From assembly GCA_000092065.1 (NCBI GenBank), contig CP000594.1: a stretch of 64,000 nucleotides of DNA. The stretch is one strand, 5' to 3'. This document shows, in pieces, positions 10,096 through 20,055 of this stretch. This stretch comes from Ostreococcus lucimarinus. Lineage: Eukaryota. Below the pieces are notes generated by a model. It searched no databases. It saw only the letters and a program-made list of their open reading frames with translations, and was not told the DNA's origin. A program made the position numbers and the translations under genes. Numbering within the stretch: position 1 is the first letter of the stretch; every line of letters begins with the position of its first letter.

Positions 10096-11349
10096 GAGCT
10101 CGAGCGCTTGTTCCACCGCGGCGTCTCCGATGGCGTGCACGGCGATCTGAAGACCCGCTGCGTCCGCGAGAGTGGCTTGCTTGCGCAAAATTTTCTCTCT
10201 TTTACCTCTGGGGTACATCAAATGTCCAGACGTCGACCCGTCGTCTAGATACGGCGCCATCATCGCCGCGGTTCGCCCGCCCAAGCTACCGTCGAGAAAC
10301 GCCTTGACGCCGCCCAATCGAACCCGAGAAGCCGCGGTCTCATTCTCTCGCGTCCAACCACTGTTCCACGCGACGTGGGATTGAACGCTTGCCCAGTCCC
10401 CGAGTGGCATGTACGACGTGATGCGAATCGGAAGGTCGCCGACCGCGTCCCATCGCTCGAGCGTCTCAAAATCTTCCCAGAGCTGCGCGTATCCATCCGC
10501 GCCCGCCACCAAGCTCTCGATGTCCCCGAAATCACCCACGGTCGTGATTCCTTTACTGAGTAAGTACTCAAACGCCCGTTTAAACGCTTCATCGCGCTCG
10601 CTCCGCGACCGCTTCGGCACCGCGTTCGACATCGCCGCCGTGGCCAACTCCTTTAGAATCCCAGTCGGCGCCCCCTCGTCGTCCAACTCCACGATCCCAC
10701 CCGCGATCACCGTCTTCGCGCCCGTGATCTTCGCGATTTCCAACGCCGCCTCGCTCGCGAATCCGACGTGTCCGCACGTCCGCGTGACCCACACCTTCGC
10801 TCCGACGAATCGTTCGTCGCCGCGCGTCCACGCGTTCGACGGCGTCTCGCCGCCCCACGACGTCTCGTCCCAACCGTGTCCCAGCACCCATTTTTCCTTC
10901 CCAGCGTCGATCGCTCGCGCGAGGGTCTCTATGAACTCTTCTTTGGACCGCACGCCTCGCAGATCGAGCGCGTCGAGCGCGAATCCGCCCGTGACGACGT
11001 GCGCGTGCGCGTCGACGAAGCCGCTTCGCAGCGCGCGCCCGCCGCAGTCCAACACGACGCCGAATCTCGTCGACGGAACGTCTTCGACGGCGATGATTCG
11101 CCCGTGTCGGGATACCGTGATGTCTTTGATCGCGCCCGCGTCGCCGACGGCGCAGTTCGCGAACGTGGTGACGTCGGCGTCGCGTTCGGCGTCGGTCGAG
11201 TGATGACGCGCGCGAGCTGGACCGGTGGTTTTAGCGCCGTAGCCGAGCGGGCAGGCGGAGAATCGAGCCTCGAACGCGGGCCAGGCGATCGCGAGGAGTG
11301 CGCTCGCGATTGCGAGGGCGAACGCGACGTCGCGGGGGGTCCATCGCAT
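9988..11349 (-). CDS. Metal-dependent amidohydrolase-family protein (Amidohydro_3-like), N-terminal signal/TM; appears C-terminally truncated
   Basis: FVDAHAHV metal-binding motif near N-terminus, HAIGDAAVEQALE motif near the end; expected C-terminal roughly 100-150 aa of the fold are absent. ORF 3' end overlaps the 3' end of the giant + strand gene by 108 nt. Confidence 0.55.
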   Translation of the reverse strand: MRWTPRDVAFALAIASALLAIAWPAFEARFSACPLGYGAKTTGPARARHHSTDAERDADVTTFANCAVGDAGAIKDITVSRHGRIIAVEDVPSTRFGVVLDCGGRALRSGFVDAHAHVVTGGFALDALDLRGVRSKEEFIETLARAIDAGKEKWVLGHGWDETSWGGETPSNAWTRGDERFVGAKVWVTRTCGHVGFASEAALEIAKITGAKTVIAGGIVELDDEGAPTGILKELATAAMSNAVPKRSRSERDEAFKRAFEYLLSKGITTVGDFGDIESLVAGADGYAQLWEDFETLERWDAVGDLPIRITSYMPLGDWASVQSHVAWNSGWTRENETAASRVRLGGVKAFLDGSLGGRTAAMMAPYLDDGSTSGHLMYPRGKREKILRKQATLADAAGLQIAVHAIGDAAVEQALELLASIERLDVIALGRGVSSVFRRPSVQRHETLALRW

Positions 11350-11479
11350 GGCGCGGGAGCGCGCGCGAGGCGGACGCTGACGCGAGGAGCGGCGAGCGGG
11401 CGCGTGGCGGCGGCGGCGGTATGATTACATGAATGCCTGCGTGCTGGACGATCGGTGGTCGTCGTGAACGCGAGACGCT

Positions 11480-13918
11480 CTATTTGTTGTTGCTTTCGGC
11501 TTCGGAAATTTTTCTGAGAGCCTCCTTTTGAGACGCGTCGAACGCGTGCTGCATGTCTCGCTCGTTCCAACGCAAACATCTTCGAAGCGAATTGATGAAA
11601 TCGCCCGTTTGATCGGCGTAGTTGATGGTGGGAATCGGGTATTGGCTCATGCGGACGAACACGGAATCCCCGCTCTCGAGCTCGCAGCGATCGCGGCCGT
11701 CGAAGGAGACCCAGGCGGAACATCGAGCGTCTTGCGCAACGCGTAGCTCGATTTCGACGCTGTCGGGGAAAATGACGGGTCGGAAAGACAGCGTGTGTGG
11801 GCAAATCGGAGTCATCAAGATTGCTGGAACGTTCGGGTGCACCATCGAACCTCCAGCGGACACGCTGTAAGCAGTGGAACCGGTGGCGGTGGCGACAATG
11901 ACGCCGTCGGCTTGAATAGTCGTGATGAGTTCTCCGCGATCGTACGCCTCAATTTGAGATAAATACGGACTTGGACCTCGATCAACGAGCAACTCATTCA
12001 AGACGGTGATCTTTTTCGTGAATTCGCCCGTTCCACCGCTTCCGATCTTGTCCTTTGCCTTGACCAGTGTACACTCGAGACGCATGCGAAGCGTAATCGG
12101 CACGCCTCCTTGGATGTTCACCACGGGCTTCCCTCGTCCGATGGATTGAAGCAAGCTCGAAGCCATTTCGTCCGATGGGTGGCTTGTCAAAAACCCGAGC
12201 GAGCCGAAATGGAACCCGAGAAGCGGCGGCACTGGCCCTTGGAATAACTTGCTCGCGTGCAGGATGACGCCGTCACCGCCCAAACACACGATGATATCAG
12301 TTGTACCCCAGTCCTCTTGAGGGATGATGCCGTCCACTTTGCGCAGTTTTTCGGCATTTTTTAAAACTACCGCTCTGTGCAGGGTGTCTTCGAGGATGTC
12401 TGCGTTCGCCAATTCATCCATGACGTCTTCGTCGAGGACGACGGTGATCCCCATCGTCATCATCGCGTGCGCGATCTCTATGAGTTCTGGCAGCAGGCCA
12501 AAGCCAATCTTCTTCAGTAAGAAAACACGCCGCGGTTGTTGACGCCATACCAATATCAATTGTTGCGTGCTCGGGTGAGATATCTTCAGTTCCCGGTTCT
12601 CGACGAGCTCGCGCGTGCACGAGAAACCGTCGGTTCGAATTATGTACATATCCGGAGCGTCCGTCAGAGAGCTGTGTTCGCCAACGACAATTTCTTCCCC
12701 GTTTGCAGTACTATCGAATTCATGATCCGCGATAAACTTTTCTCCGTTGAATGTCTTGTTATTCAACTTCGCGGCGTACTCGCGAACAAACGCCTCCTGT
12801 GCGATCGATCCGAAGTCGCACACGAGCGATTCAGCCGAGAGCGCCTCGTCGACGTCCATTCCTTGGTGCACACGCCAGCACGCGACGAGTGATCCGGTCC
12901 GTCCAATTCCAGCTTTACAGTGCACCAGGATCGGTCGCATCTTGTCATCGTTTACAGTCTCGATGAATCGTTTCACATCCTCCTCCGTCGGCGGCTCCAT
13001 GTCGGGAATCGGTATGTGTACGATGTTGAGCGCGCTCGCGCCGAACGTCCCTTGGCCCGAGCCTCCCCCGAACGCTTGTAGCCACTGGTTATCTCTATCG
13101 CTCCCGCGCAAATCGATGACAGTTTTGAAGTTGTTGCGAACCAGCCAAGCTCGACCTTCCGCGGTGGGCTGCCCTCCTCGATAATACGCCGCAGCGCTCT
13201 CGTCGCCAACTTCGGTGACGATTTGCAAGTTTGGGATCGCCGTTCCGCTCGGCGCGTTCGGCGCGCGTAATCGCGGATGCACCAAGTCCAGCGACGCGCT
13301 TCGAAGCGCCTCGAAGCGATGCCGCACCGTTACCGAGCATCCGCCGATCTCTTCGCACGACTGTTCCAGTATCACTCGCAACTCCCACAGCGCCGTGCGA
13401 AGACGCGACAACTCCTTACTTCGCAAGTTGTTACTGAACCTCCCGGCGACTTCCGCGGCGGACGCGTACACGACCATCCTCCCCAACGCCTCCGTCACCT
13501 CTCCCGAGCATGAAGCGAGCGTGTTATTCGAAAAGTCCACCTCGCACTCCGCCGATAAGACGTCGGCGAACGACGCCAGCACCGCGCGTTCTAATTGCGC
13601 CGCCAACTGCGGCAACGGGACGTAACTCTGATCCGAGGTCGAAGGAAACTCCACGACATCTCCCTTTTCCTGTTTCTTCGCCCCGGTATCGACCGACGGG
13701 AACATTTCAGACTCTGAAATCGCGCGTCGCTCGCCGCCGCCTCGACCTCGCGACGCGTCCCGCGCGTTCGGGCGCGCACCTCCGAAGGCCGAGCGCCGTC
13801 CGGGCAAATGCGCGCGCCGCGCCGTCACTGTGCATACATTAGACCGTTCACGCGCGAGTTTCGTCGTCGACGACGCGCTGACGCGCGATGCCGCGGCGAT
13901 CATCGTCCCGCTCGCCAT
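11480..13918 (-). CDS. NAD kinase (NADK2-like, predicted plastid transit peptide) with N-terminal PFA-DSP/tyrosine-phosphatase-like domain
   Basis: GGDGVILHASKLF (NAD kinase GGDG motif) and downstream NAD_kinase C-terminal blocks (ADGVIVATATGSTAYSVSAGG). N-terminal half has YYRGGQP...ILVHCKAGIGRTGSLVACWRV (CX5R phosphatase P-loop). Ala/Ser/Arg-rich N-terminus resembles a transit peptide. Confidence 0.75.
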   Translation of the reverse strand: MASGTMIAAASRVSASSTTKLARERSNVCTVTARRAHLPGRRSAFGGARPNARDASRGRGGGERRAISESEMFPSVDTGAKKQEKGDVVEFPSTSDQSYVPLPQLAAQLERAVLASFADVLSAECEVDFSNNTLASCSGEVTEALGRMVVYASAAEVAGRFSNNLRSKELSRLRTALWELRVILEQSCEEIGGCSVTVRHRFEALRSASLDLVHPRLRAPNAPSGTAIPNLQIVTEVGDESAAAYYRGGQPTAEGRAWLVRNNFKTVIDLRGSDRDNQWLQAFGGGSGQGTFGASALNIVHIPIPDMEPPTEEDVKRFIETVNDDKMRPILVHCKAGIGRTGSLVACWRVHQGMDVDEALSAESLVCDFGSIAQEAFVREYAAKLNNKTFNGEKFIADHEFDSTANGEEIVVGEHSSLTDAPDMYIIRTDGFSCTRELVENRELKISHPSTQQLILVWRQQPRRVFLLKKIGFGLLPELIEIAHAMMTMGITVVLDEDVMDELANADILEDTLHRAVVLKNAEKLRKVDGIIPQEDWGTTDIIVCLGGDGVILHASKLFQGPVPPLLGFHFGSLGFLTSHPSDEMASSLLQSIGRGKPVVNIQGGVPITLRMRLECTLVKAKDKIGSGGTGEFTKKITVLNELLVDRGPSPYLSQIEAYDRGELITTIQADGVIVATATGSTAYSVSAGGSMVHPNVPAILMTPICPHTLSFRPVIFPDSVEIELRVAQDARCSAWVSFDGRDRCELESGDSVFVRMSQYPIPTINYADQTGDFINSLRRCLRWNERDMQHAFDASQKEALRKISEAESNNK

Positions 13919-14647
13919 CCCTCGTCACCGGGCGCCGCACACGATTCCCGCGCGCTCGCGCGTCCGCGGGACTCGCGAGACCTCGCGACGGGCGCGAACG
14001 ATGCTCTCGCGCTCGTTCCACGCGCTCTTCCGGCGATCGCGGCGTGCGCGTGCGTCGACGCGCGCGCGTGTGCGCCCGGGCGCGACGCGACGGCGAAGCG
14101 CGAAAACGCCCTCGCGCGCGTCGCGACGCCCAGCTTCGCGAAACCGAAACGTCCGAACCTTTAAGCGCCGTCATCGCAATCTACTCGAAGCACGATCAGT
14201 GTCGCGAACCACACCATCGATCGAACGCGCGACGAGCACCGCTTCGCGAAACATGAAACCGATCGACCCACCGTCAGGTTCACGAACCTGCAAGCCCCGA
14301 ACCCGCGCGCGGGTTCGATTCGACATCAACGAACCTCGCGCGGTTCAGCGAACCTTCGATCGGGTGACAAAAATAGCATCCCGAATGATGCGCGCCATCG
14401 TGGATCGCGGAATGGATGTCCGATCGAAAAAATACGACCGCGATCCCACGGATGCGTGGGTGTGCGAACATCGATATCGATATCATCGATGACCGGGGTT
14501 TCGATCGTTTCGTCGCCCCGTCCGCGATCGCGCGCGCGGGCCCGGTCGCGCGCGCGATTGCGATTACAAGGGGCCTCCCGACGCGTCGCATCGCGACGCG
14601 CGCACGCCATGGCCCTCTCTCTCGCGCAGGTCGCGCCCGCGGCGCAG

Positions 14648-14987
14648 GTGCGTCGCGTCTCGCACCGTCGCGCGCGTCGCGCGCGTCTCTCGGCGTCGCG
14701 AACGCGCGCGCGTCGTCGCGAACGGCGGCATCGCTCGGCATCGGATAGGATGGCCATCGGCGCGTCGTCGCGGGTCGACGCGCGACCGGGACGCGACGAC
14801 GCGCGACGTCGACGGAGGGCGAGAGAAAAATCGACGACCGCGGACGCGCGGGTGACTGACGAGAGGTTTCGCGGCGCAGTTTTCTTCGCGTAAGCGCGTC
14901 TGCGGCGCGCCGGCGGCGGCGTCCCGGACGCGCGTCGTCGTCCCGCGGGCTCGAGCGGTCGCGGCGCGCGCGAGCGGAGAGAAGAAG
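14648..14987 (+). other. Candidate 5' intron of the CSP41b gene (hypothetical): exon 1 ATG 14609..14647, donor CAG|GTGCGT, acceptor AAG|TCG
   Basis: Donor consensus GTGCGT at 14648 and an in-phase AG acceptor at 14985-14987 would join MALSLAQVAPAAQ to SVLIVNTNGGG. The resulting transit peptide would be unusually short, so this is low confidence. Confidence 0.25.
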
Positions 14988-15959
14988 TCGGTGTTGATCG
15001 TGAACACGAATGGTGGCGGACACGCGAACATCGGGTTCTGGCTGGCGAAGACGCTGGCGGGGGCTGGGCACGACGTGACGATGAACGTCGTCGGCGCCGA
15101 GGACGATAAGAAGATGGCCAAGACTCCGTTCTCGTTGTTCGATGAGATTCGAGGGATGGGTGTGAAGACGGTGTGGGCGAACCCCGATGAAGTGGCGTCC
15201 AAGCATGCCGGGGCGAAGTTCGACGTGGTCGTCGATAACAACGGTAAGGACATGGACACCGTTGGTCCGGTGGCGGATTTCGCCGTCGCCGCGGGGGCGT
15301 CGCAGTTCTTGTTCGTCTCGAGCGCGGGTATCTACAAGCCCACGCCGTGCCCGCCGCACGTCGAGGGCGATGCCGTGAAGGAGACGAGCGGCCACGCCGT
15401 CGTCGAGGCGCACTTGAAGACGTTGCCGTTGAAGATGAGCTCTTTCCGCCCGCAATACTTGACGGGATACGGATCGAACAAGGACTGCGAGGAGTGGTTC
15501 TTCGATCGCGCCGTGCGCGGCCGACCGATCTTGGTCCCGGGCTCGGGTGATCAGCTCTCGTCGGTGACGCACGCCGAAGATTTGGCCACCATGATCGCCG
15601 CCGCCGTCGGCAACGACGCCGCCGCTGGGGAAATCTTCAACTGCGTGACGACGAAAGCCGTCACGCTGAACGGCATGGCGGAACTTTGCGCCAAGGCTGC
15701 GGGCGTCGAACCGAACGTGATCAACTACGACCCGAAGGATGTCCCGGATGTCGAAGTTAAGAAGGCGTTCCCGTTCCGCCCGATCCACTTCTACAGCTCC
15801 AGCGCCAAGGCGCAAGCCGTGCTCGGCTGGTCGCCCAAGCACCCGGATTTGGCCGCCGAGCTCAAGGAACGCTTCGCGTACTACAAGTCCATCGGACGCG
15901 ATAAGAAGGAGATGTCGTTCGAAACCGACGACAAAATTCTCGCCGCGATCGGCAAGTAA
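14988..15959 (+). CDS. CSP41B: CSP41b-like chloroplast stem-loop-binding protein (NAD-dependent epimerase/dehydratase fold), main exon; transit-peptide exon not resolved
   Basis: LIVNTNGGGHANIGFWLAK..., FRPQYLTGYGSNKDCEEWFFDR, IGRDKKEMSFETDDKIL closely match plant CSP41b. No in-frame ATG upstream of the GTG at 14991 (stop at 14853), so the 5' end/transit peptide must lie in an upstream exon. Confidence 0.8.
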   Translation, partial: SVLIVNTNGGGHANIGFWLAKTLAGAGHDVTMNVVGAEDDKKMAKTPFSLFDEIRGMGVKTVWANPDEVASKHAGAKFDVVVDNNGKDMDTVGPVADFAVAAGASQFLFVSSAGIYKPTPCPPHVEGDAVKETSGHAVVEAHLKTLPLKMSSFRPQYLTGYGSNKDCEEWFFDRAVRGRPILVPGSGDQLSSVTHAEDLATMIAAAVGNDAAAGEIFNCVTTKAVTLNGMAELCAKAAGVEPNVINYDPKDVPDVEVKKAFPFRPIHFYSSSAKAQAVLGWSPKHPDLAAELKERFAYYKSIGRDKKEMSFETDDKILAAIGK

Positions 15960-16043
15960 ATAGCGAGCTTGATTTTATATTAAACGAACATATTGAACGT
16001 GCAACGCGAGCTAAAACGTACAGTACACGGATCGGCGACGTCG

Positions 16044-17222
16044 TCATCGGTTTGGAACTTGGGAGAAACCACCTAGAAAGTTGAGCGCCAAATTCTTCGC
16101 CGAGTCCGCCGTCAGGGATTGTATTTCACGATCCAAGTGCGCGCGATGCGTCGCCCGCGGACTGGCGTAGGCGTAACTCGCGTGTCGAAGCGTGACCTCG
16201 ACCCCTCGCGTCAACGACTCGTACGCCTCGCCGAGATCGGAATCTTTGAACCTTTCTAACTCATCCATATCACCGTCGATGATGTGCCAATGCTCGCCCG
16301 GACGCGCGGTGGTGGCGATGAGATTCGCCGCGGCGAGCGAGCGCGAGGCAAAGTTTTCGGTCGGGATCACGCAGACCCCGTAACCGTCGACGTCTTCGGC
16401 GACTTCGAAACCGTTTTCTCTAAATATTTCGCGGCACCTCTCCACCGCGCGTCCGCGCGAATTCAAGACGAACACCTTGCTCCCGCGCGCCAGCGCGGCG
16501 TGCAAGAGCGGTTTCAGGTCCTCGTACACGACCTGCTCGCCCGCGCTCGTCCCCGGCTCGCCGTCCGCCGTCGTCTCCATCCGACGCGCGTCCACCGACG
16601 CTTGCAAACCCGCCGGCATCATCCGTCGCCCGTCCCACCCGACGCTCGACTCCACCTCCTCCCCCCACTTCAACACGCTCATCAACTTTATCTCCGGCCA
16701 GCTCGACACGATCTCGTCCACCGTCAACGGCCTCGTTCTTCGCTCGAACCGCTGCTCGTTTGAAAACACCGGCCCCGGCCGCCCGCCGCTCGTCGTCCGC
16801 CCGCCGATGATCGCCTCGTCCGCGATCACCCGCACCATCACCACCGCCTCGCACGACGTCGACTCCGCGATCGCTCGTCGCATCGTTCGCATCGCCTCGA
16901 CGTACGACGACGCGTCTCCCGGGACGTGCTCCGGCCAGCGCTCGCGCGCCACCGCGTGGCTCACCCTCGTCATCTCCACCGTCGCGTCCACGACGGCGTC
17001 GTACGCGAACAGCACGACGTCGCGCGACCGCTCGATGGCGTCGTCGTCGCTCGCGTCGCTCGCGTCCGCCGCGCGTCGCGCGACGCGTCGGCGTCGCGCC
17101 GACGCCGACGCCGATGTCCCGCTCGATCGCGTCGCGCGGTCGCGCGCGCCTCGCGCGGTCGCGGTCGCGCGCGCGCGCGGCTCCGGACGCGCGCGCGACG
17201 CGTCGATCGCCCGCGCGTCCAT
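16044..17222 (-). CDS. Hypothetical conserved alpha/beta protein (about 392 aa), function unknown
   Basis: C-terminal 330 aa of the 720-aa minus ORF have balanced, non-repetitive composition (VLFAYDAVVDATVEM..., KVFVLNSRGRAVERCREIFRENGFEV...). The upstream portion of the ORF is an Arg-rich antisense artefact of the JmjC gene region. Start placed at ATG 17222. Confidence 0.45.
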   Translation of the reverse strand: MDARAIDASRARPEPRARATATARGARDRATRSSGTSASASARRRRVARRAADASDASDDDAIERSRDVVLFAYDAVVDATVEMTRVSHAVARERWPEHVPGDASSYVEAMRTMRRAIAESTSCEAVVMVRVIADEAIIGGRTTSGGRPGPVFSNEQRFERRTRPLTVDEIVSSWPEIKLMSVLKWGEEVESSVGWDGRRMMPAGLQASVDARRMETTADGEPGTSAGEQVVYEDLKPLLHAALARGSKVFVLNSRGRAVERCREIFRENGFEVAEDVDGYGVCVIPTENFASRSLAAANLIATTARPGEHWHIIDGDMDELERFKDSDLGEAYESLTRGVEVTLRHASYAYASPRATHRAHLDREIQSLTADSAKNLALNFLGGFSQVPNR

Positions 17223-17652
17223 GGCGCGCGCGCGTGTCGCGCCGCGCGCCGCGACGACGCTCGGAGGGACGCGGGACGCGCGATGCGACGAAAAGATATT
17301 TTGTTTCGCGCCGGACGCCGCGAGCGTTTTAATCGCGCGACACACTCGTCGTCGCGCGGCCGATTCGGGACGCGCGCGACGCCGCGGGGCGCGACGTTGC
17401 GCGGAAAAACATATCGAAGATCGATCTCGCACGGCGGCATACGCGCGTACGGCGCGCGAGGCGTCGCGAGACGGGACGACGATGGGGAATCGCGCGAGGC
17501 GAGCGTTTCTGAAGACGAGACGACGCGCGGGACGGGGGGGTGGACGCCGCGCGCGCGCGAGGATTTCGGGACGTCGGGAGGGGCGTTTCCGGAGATTAAC
17601 GTCGTGCAGTTCGTGGACGCGGAAGACGGGGCGCCGGTGAGTTGTTTTGGGA

Positions 17653-18761
17653 TGGATTACGAGACGCTGCGGCGGCGCGCGGCGGAGGCGGCGTTCGACG
17701 AGACGTCGACGACGCCCGAGTATCGTGGGTTTTTGAATCACGCGAGACGGTGCGTCGATGGGAGCGGAAAGATCGACTGGGGTTCGGTGACGCGCGTGGG
17801 GGGGCTGGCTGGGTCGAGAGAGGTGCGGCGGGCGCGCGGGGTGGACCCTCGGGACGTCGAGGCGGCGTGTTTGCGAGGCGAAGGCGAACCTTTGATCGTC
17901 GAGGACGGAGGGAAAGATTGGGCCAAGTGGGATTTTGAAACGCTTCAAAACGAAATCGGTGATTTTGAGGTGTTGTGTAACGATCGAGCGCCCGCGCGGC
18001 GACGAGAGATCGATGGATCCAAGCAGCGGTCGCACCTGATTCCGTTTCGGGCGTACGCCGACTACGTACGAAAGCGCGACGGCGTCGCCGGCACAGTCTT
18101 TGACGATCGCCGCACGCCGTTTTATGCAAACGGCATGCGCGTATTCAGCGAGTGCAAGCGCGCCGACGCCCTCTCGCGGGCGTTTCCACGACCTTATTTC
18201 ACGCACGAGTGCGATAATACGGAGACGCTGCTCATGGCGACAACGAACGAGCTCGGGTCGATACTCAAATTTGACTCGGAAATCGCGCTCAGAATGCGTG
18301 ACAGCGTCTCAAAATCGCTCGACAAGATGTTTGTCGGGCCTCGAGGCGCACTCACGCGCCTTCATTACGACGCCGGGGACGCTCACGGTTGGCTGGGACA
18401 GGTCGAGGGGCGGAAGCTCTTCGTGTTTTATCCGCCCAGCGCGTCGCCGATGCTTTATCCGATTGAAGACTCGCACGCCAGCGTCGATCCACTGGAGCCA
18501 GACTACGATCGATTTCCACTATTTCGCGAAGCGCAATCGCGCGCGCGAGTGTGCGTGCTGAATCCGGGAGAAGTCGTACTGTGTCCTCGACGATGGTGGC
18601 ACTACGCCGTGGCCCTGGACACTAGCGTCACGGTTATGAGGAATTGGTACAACGTCAATACCAACGCCCAGGCGTTGGTCGAGCAGATATGCTCCACGAT
18701 TAAACAAACAGTAGACAATAGAGCGAAAGGATCCGTGCCTCGAAACGAAGCGTCTCGATGA
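17653..18761 (+). CDS. JmjC (cupin) domain protein, JMJD5/HSPBAP1-like hydroxylase
   Basis: FVGPRGALTRLHYDAGDAHGWLGQVEGRKLFVFYPP (HxD iron site), WWHYAVALDTSVTV; N-terminal W-rich JmjC lead-in. Start at first ATG after the Arg-rich artefactual N-terminal part of the ORF. Confidence 0.65.
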
Positions 18762-18994
18762 AGATACGTCGCGGCGCTAGTCGGTGAATTCGCTCGCTCG
18801 CGCGTCGCGTCGTTTACGGATGAATGGAATCGAAAGATTAAAAGCCTATGGTAATTAATCAGCAGCGATACACGTGCGCTTGAGCGTCGTCCGCGCTTAA
18901 TGCTTGAACACCCGCTCGCGTGCGGCGAAAACTCGCGGCGAAAGAGATGATATTCGTCGTACAAACGAACGACTCGAACGACTCGCTCGAGCGT

Positions 18995-19735
18995 CTACGC
19001 CGAGAACAACTCCTCCAAAGTCATGTCCCGCATCTTGGCCACTTCCTTGAACGTTCGCATCTCGTTCAACCCCGCAACGACCGCCCGCGCATTATTCAAC
19101 GGGTTCGAGCTTCCGAGCTGTTTCGCGAAGCAATTCTTATAGCCCGCCAGCTCCAAAACCGTGCGGCACGCGCCCCCCGCGATGACCCCCGTCCCCGGGC
19201 TCGCCGGGCGCAGCATCACCACCGCGCCGCCCTTCCCCTTCACCGTCACTCGATGCGGGAACGTGTCCCCTTTAGTTATCGGCGCTCGCTTCGCGCTCTT
19301 TCGCGCATCGCTCGCCGCCTTCGTCACCGCGATTTGCACCTCCTTCGCCTTCTGGCACCCGACGCCAACCAAACCCTTGCCGTCGCCCACGACCACGGTG
19401 GCGCGGAAGCTCATCTGCGACCCGCCCTTGGTGATTTTCGTGACGCGCGACACCTGGACGACGGACTCTTGCATCCCGTCGTCCTCCTTGCCGCCGCGAC
19501 CGCGGCCTCGGCCGCCGCGACCACCGCGTCCGCCGCCGCGCCCGCCGCGCGCGCGCGGGGTCTCGGACTCGCCTTCGACTGCCGACGCGTCTGCGTCGTC
19601 GCCGGCGCGCGCGACCGTCGCCGTGCGCCGCGGGGCGACGGCGACAATTTTATCGCATCGGTTCGCGCGGCTCGGGAGGCGCGCGGACGCCGCGCGAGAC
19701 GCGGGCGCGGCGGTGAGGGCGATGGAGGCCATCAT
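18995..19735 (-). CDS. RPS5: Plastid 30S ribosomal protein S5 (uS5c) precursor with transit peptide and RGG-rich linker
   Basis: S5 N- and C-terminal domains ([46 protein letters not shown]...[22 protein letters not shown]) preceded by an Ala/Ser/Arg-rich presequence and GGRGG repeats. Confidence 0.85.
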   Translation of the reverse strand: MMASIALTAAPASRAASARLPSRANRCDKIVAVAPRRTATVARAGDDADASAVEGESETPRARGGRGGGRGGRGGRGRGRGGKEDDGMQESVVQVSRVTKITKGGSQMSFRATVVVGDGKGLVGVGCQKAKEVQIAVTKAASDARKSAKRAPITKGDTFPHRVTVKGKGGAVVMLRPASPGTGVIAGGACRTVLELAGYKNCFAKQLGSSNPLNNARAVVAGLNEMRTFKEVAKMRDMTLEELFSA

Positions 19736-20055
19736 GATTCGCGGCGCGACGTCGATGGTTGAATCGACGCGTGGAAGCGCGCGTGGGCGGCGGTCGTCCG
19801 GGCGTGCGGTGGGCGCGCGACGAAACGATCGACGGTGCGCGTCGAGCGTGCGCGAGCGGCGACGATGGCGTCGCGGTGTGCGGCGCGGCGGCGGCGACGT
19901 TCGAGGGCGAGGGCGAGAGAAACCCTATTGCTCCTTCAGGGTAGAGATGGGGTGGCGACCGACCGCGTGTGGGTAAACAGTGATAAATCGACGCGATCAG
20001 GACGCCGCGGCGCGCGCGAGTCGCTCGAAAAGGCGCGCGGGGATCGATCACAACG

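Noticed and set aside
14300-14330. tRNA-like T-arm motif gcgggttcgattcg near 14310
   Set aside because: The flanking sequence cannot form the complementary T-stem or an acceptor stem, so it is not a tRNA.
14280-15842. Long Arg/Ala/Asp-rich ORFs on the strand opposite to, or out of frame with, real genes, e.g. 14280-15842(-), 33213-35564(+), 26365-27930(+), 44278-45699(-), 43826-45220(+) outside RPA exon 1, 30214-31329(+), 24954-26228(-), 27242-28474(-), 29198-30088(+), 19161-19976(+), 20096-21592(+)
   Set aside because: Composition dominated by R/A/G/P/D as expected from translating (GCG/CGC)n-rich DNA in any frame. Each overlaps a gene with strong homology in another frame. The absence of stop codons is a GC-content artefact, so they are not coding genes.
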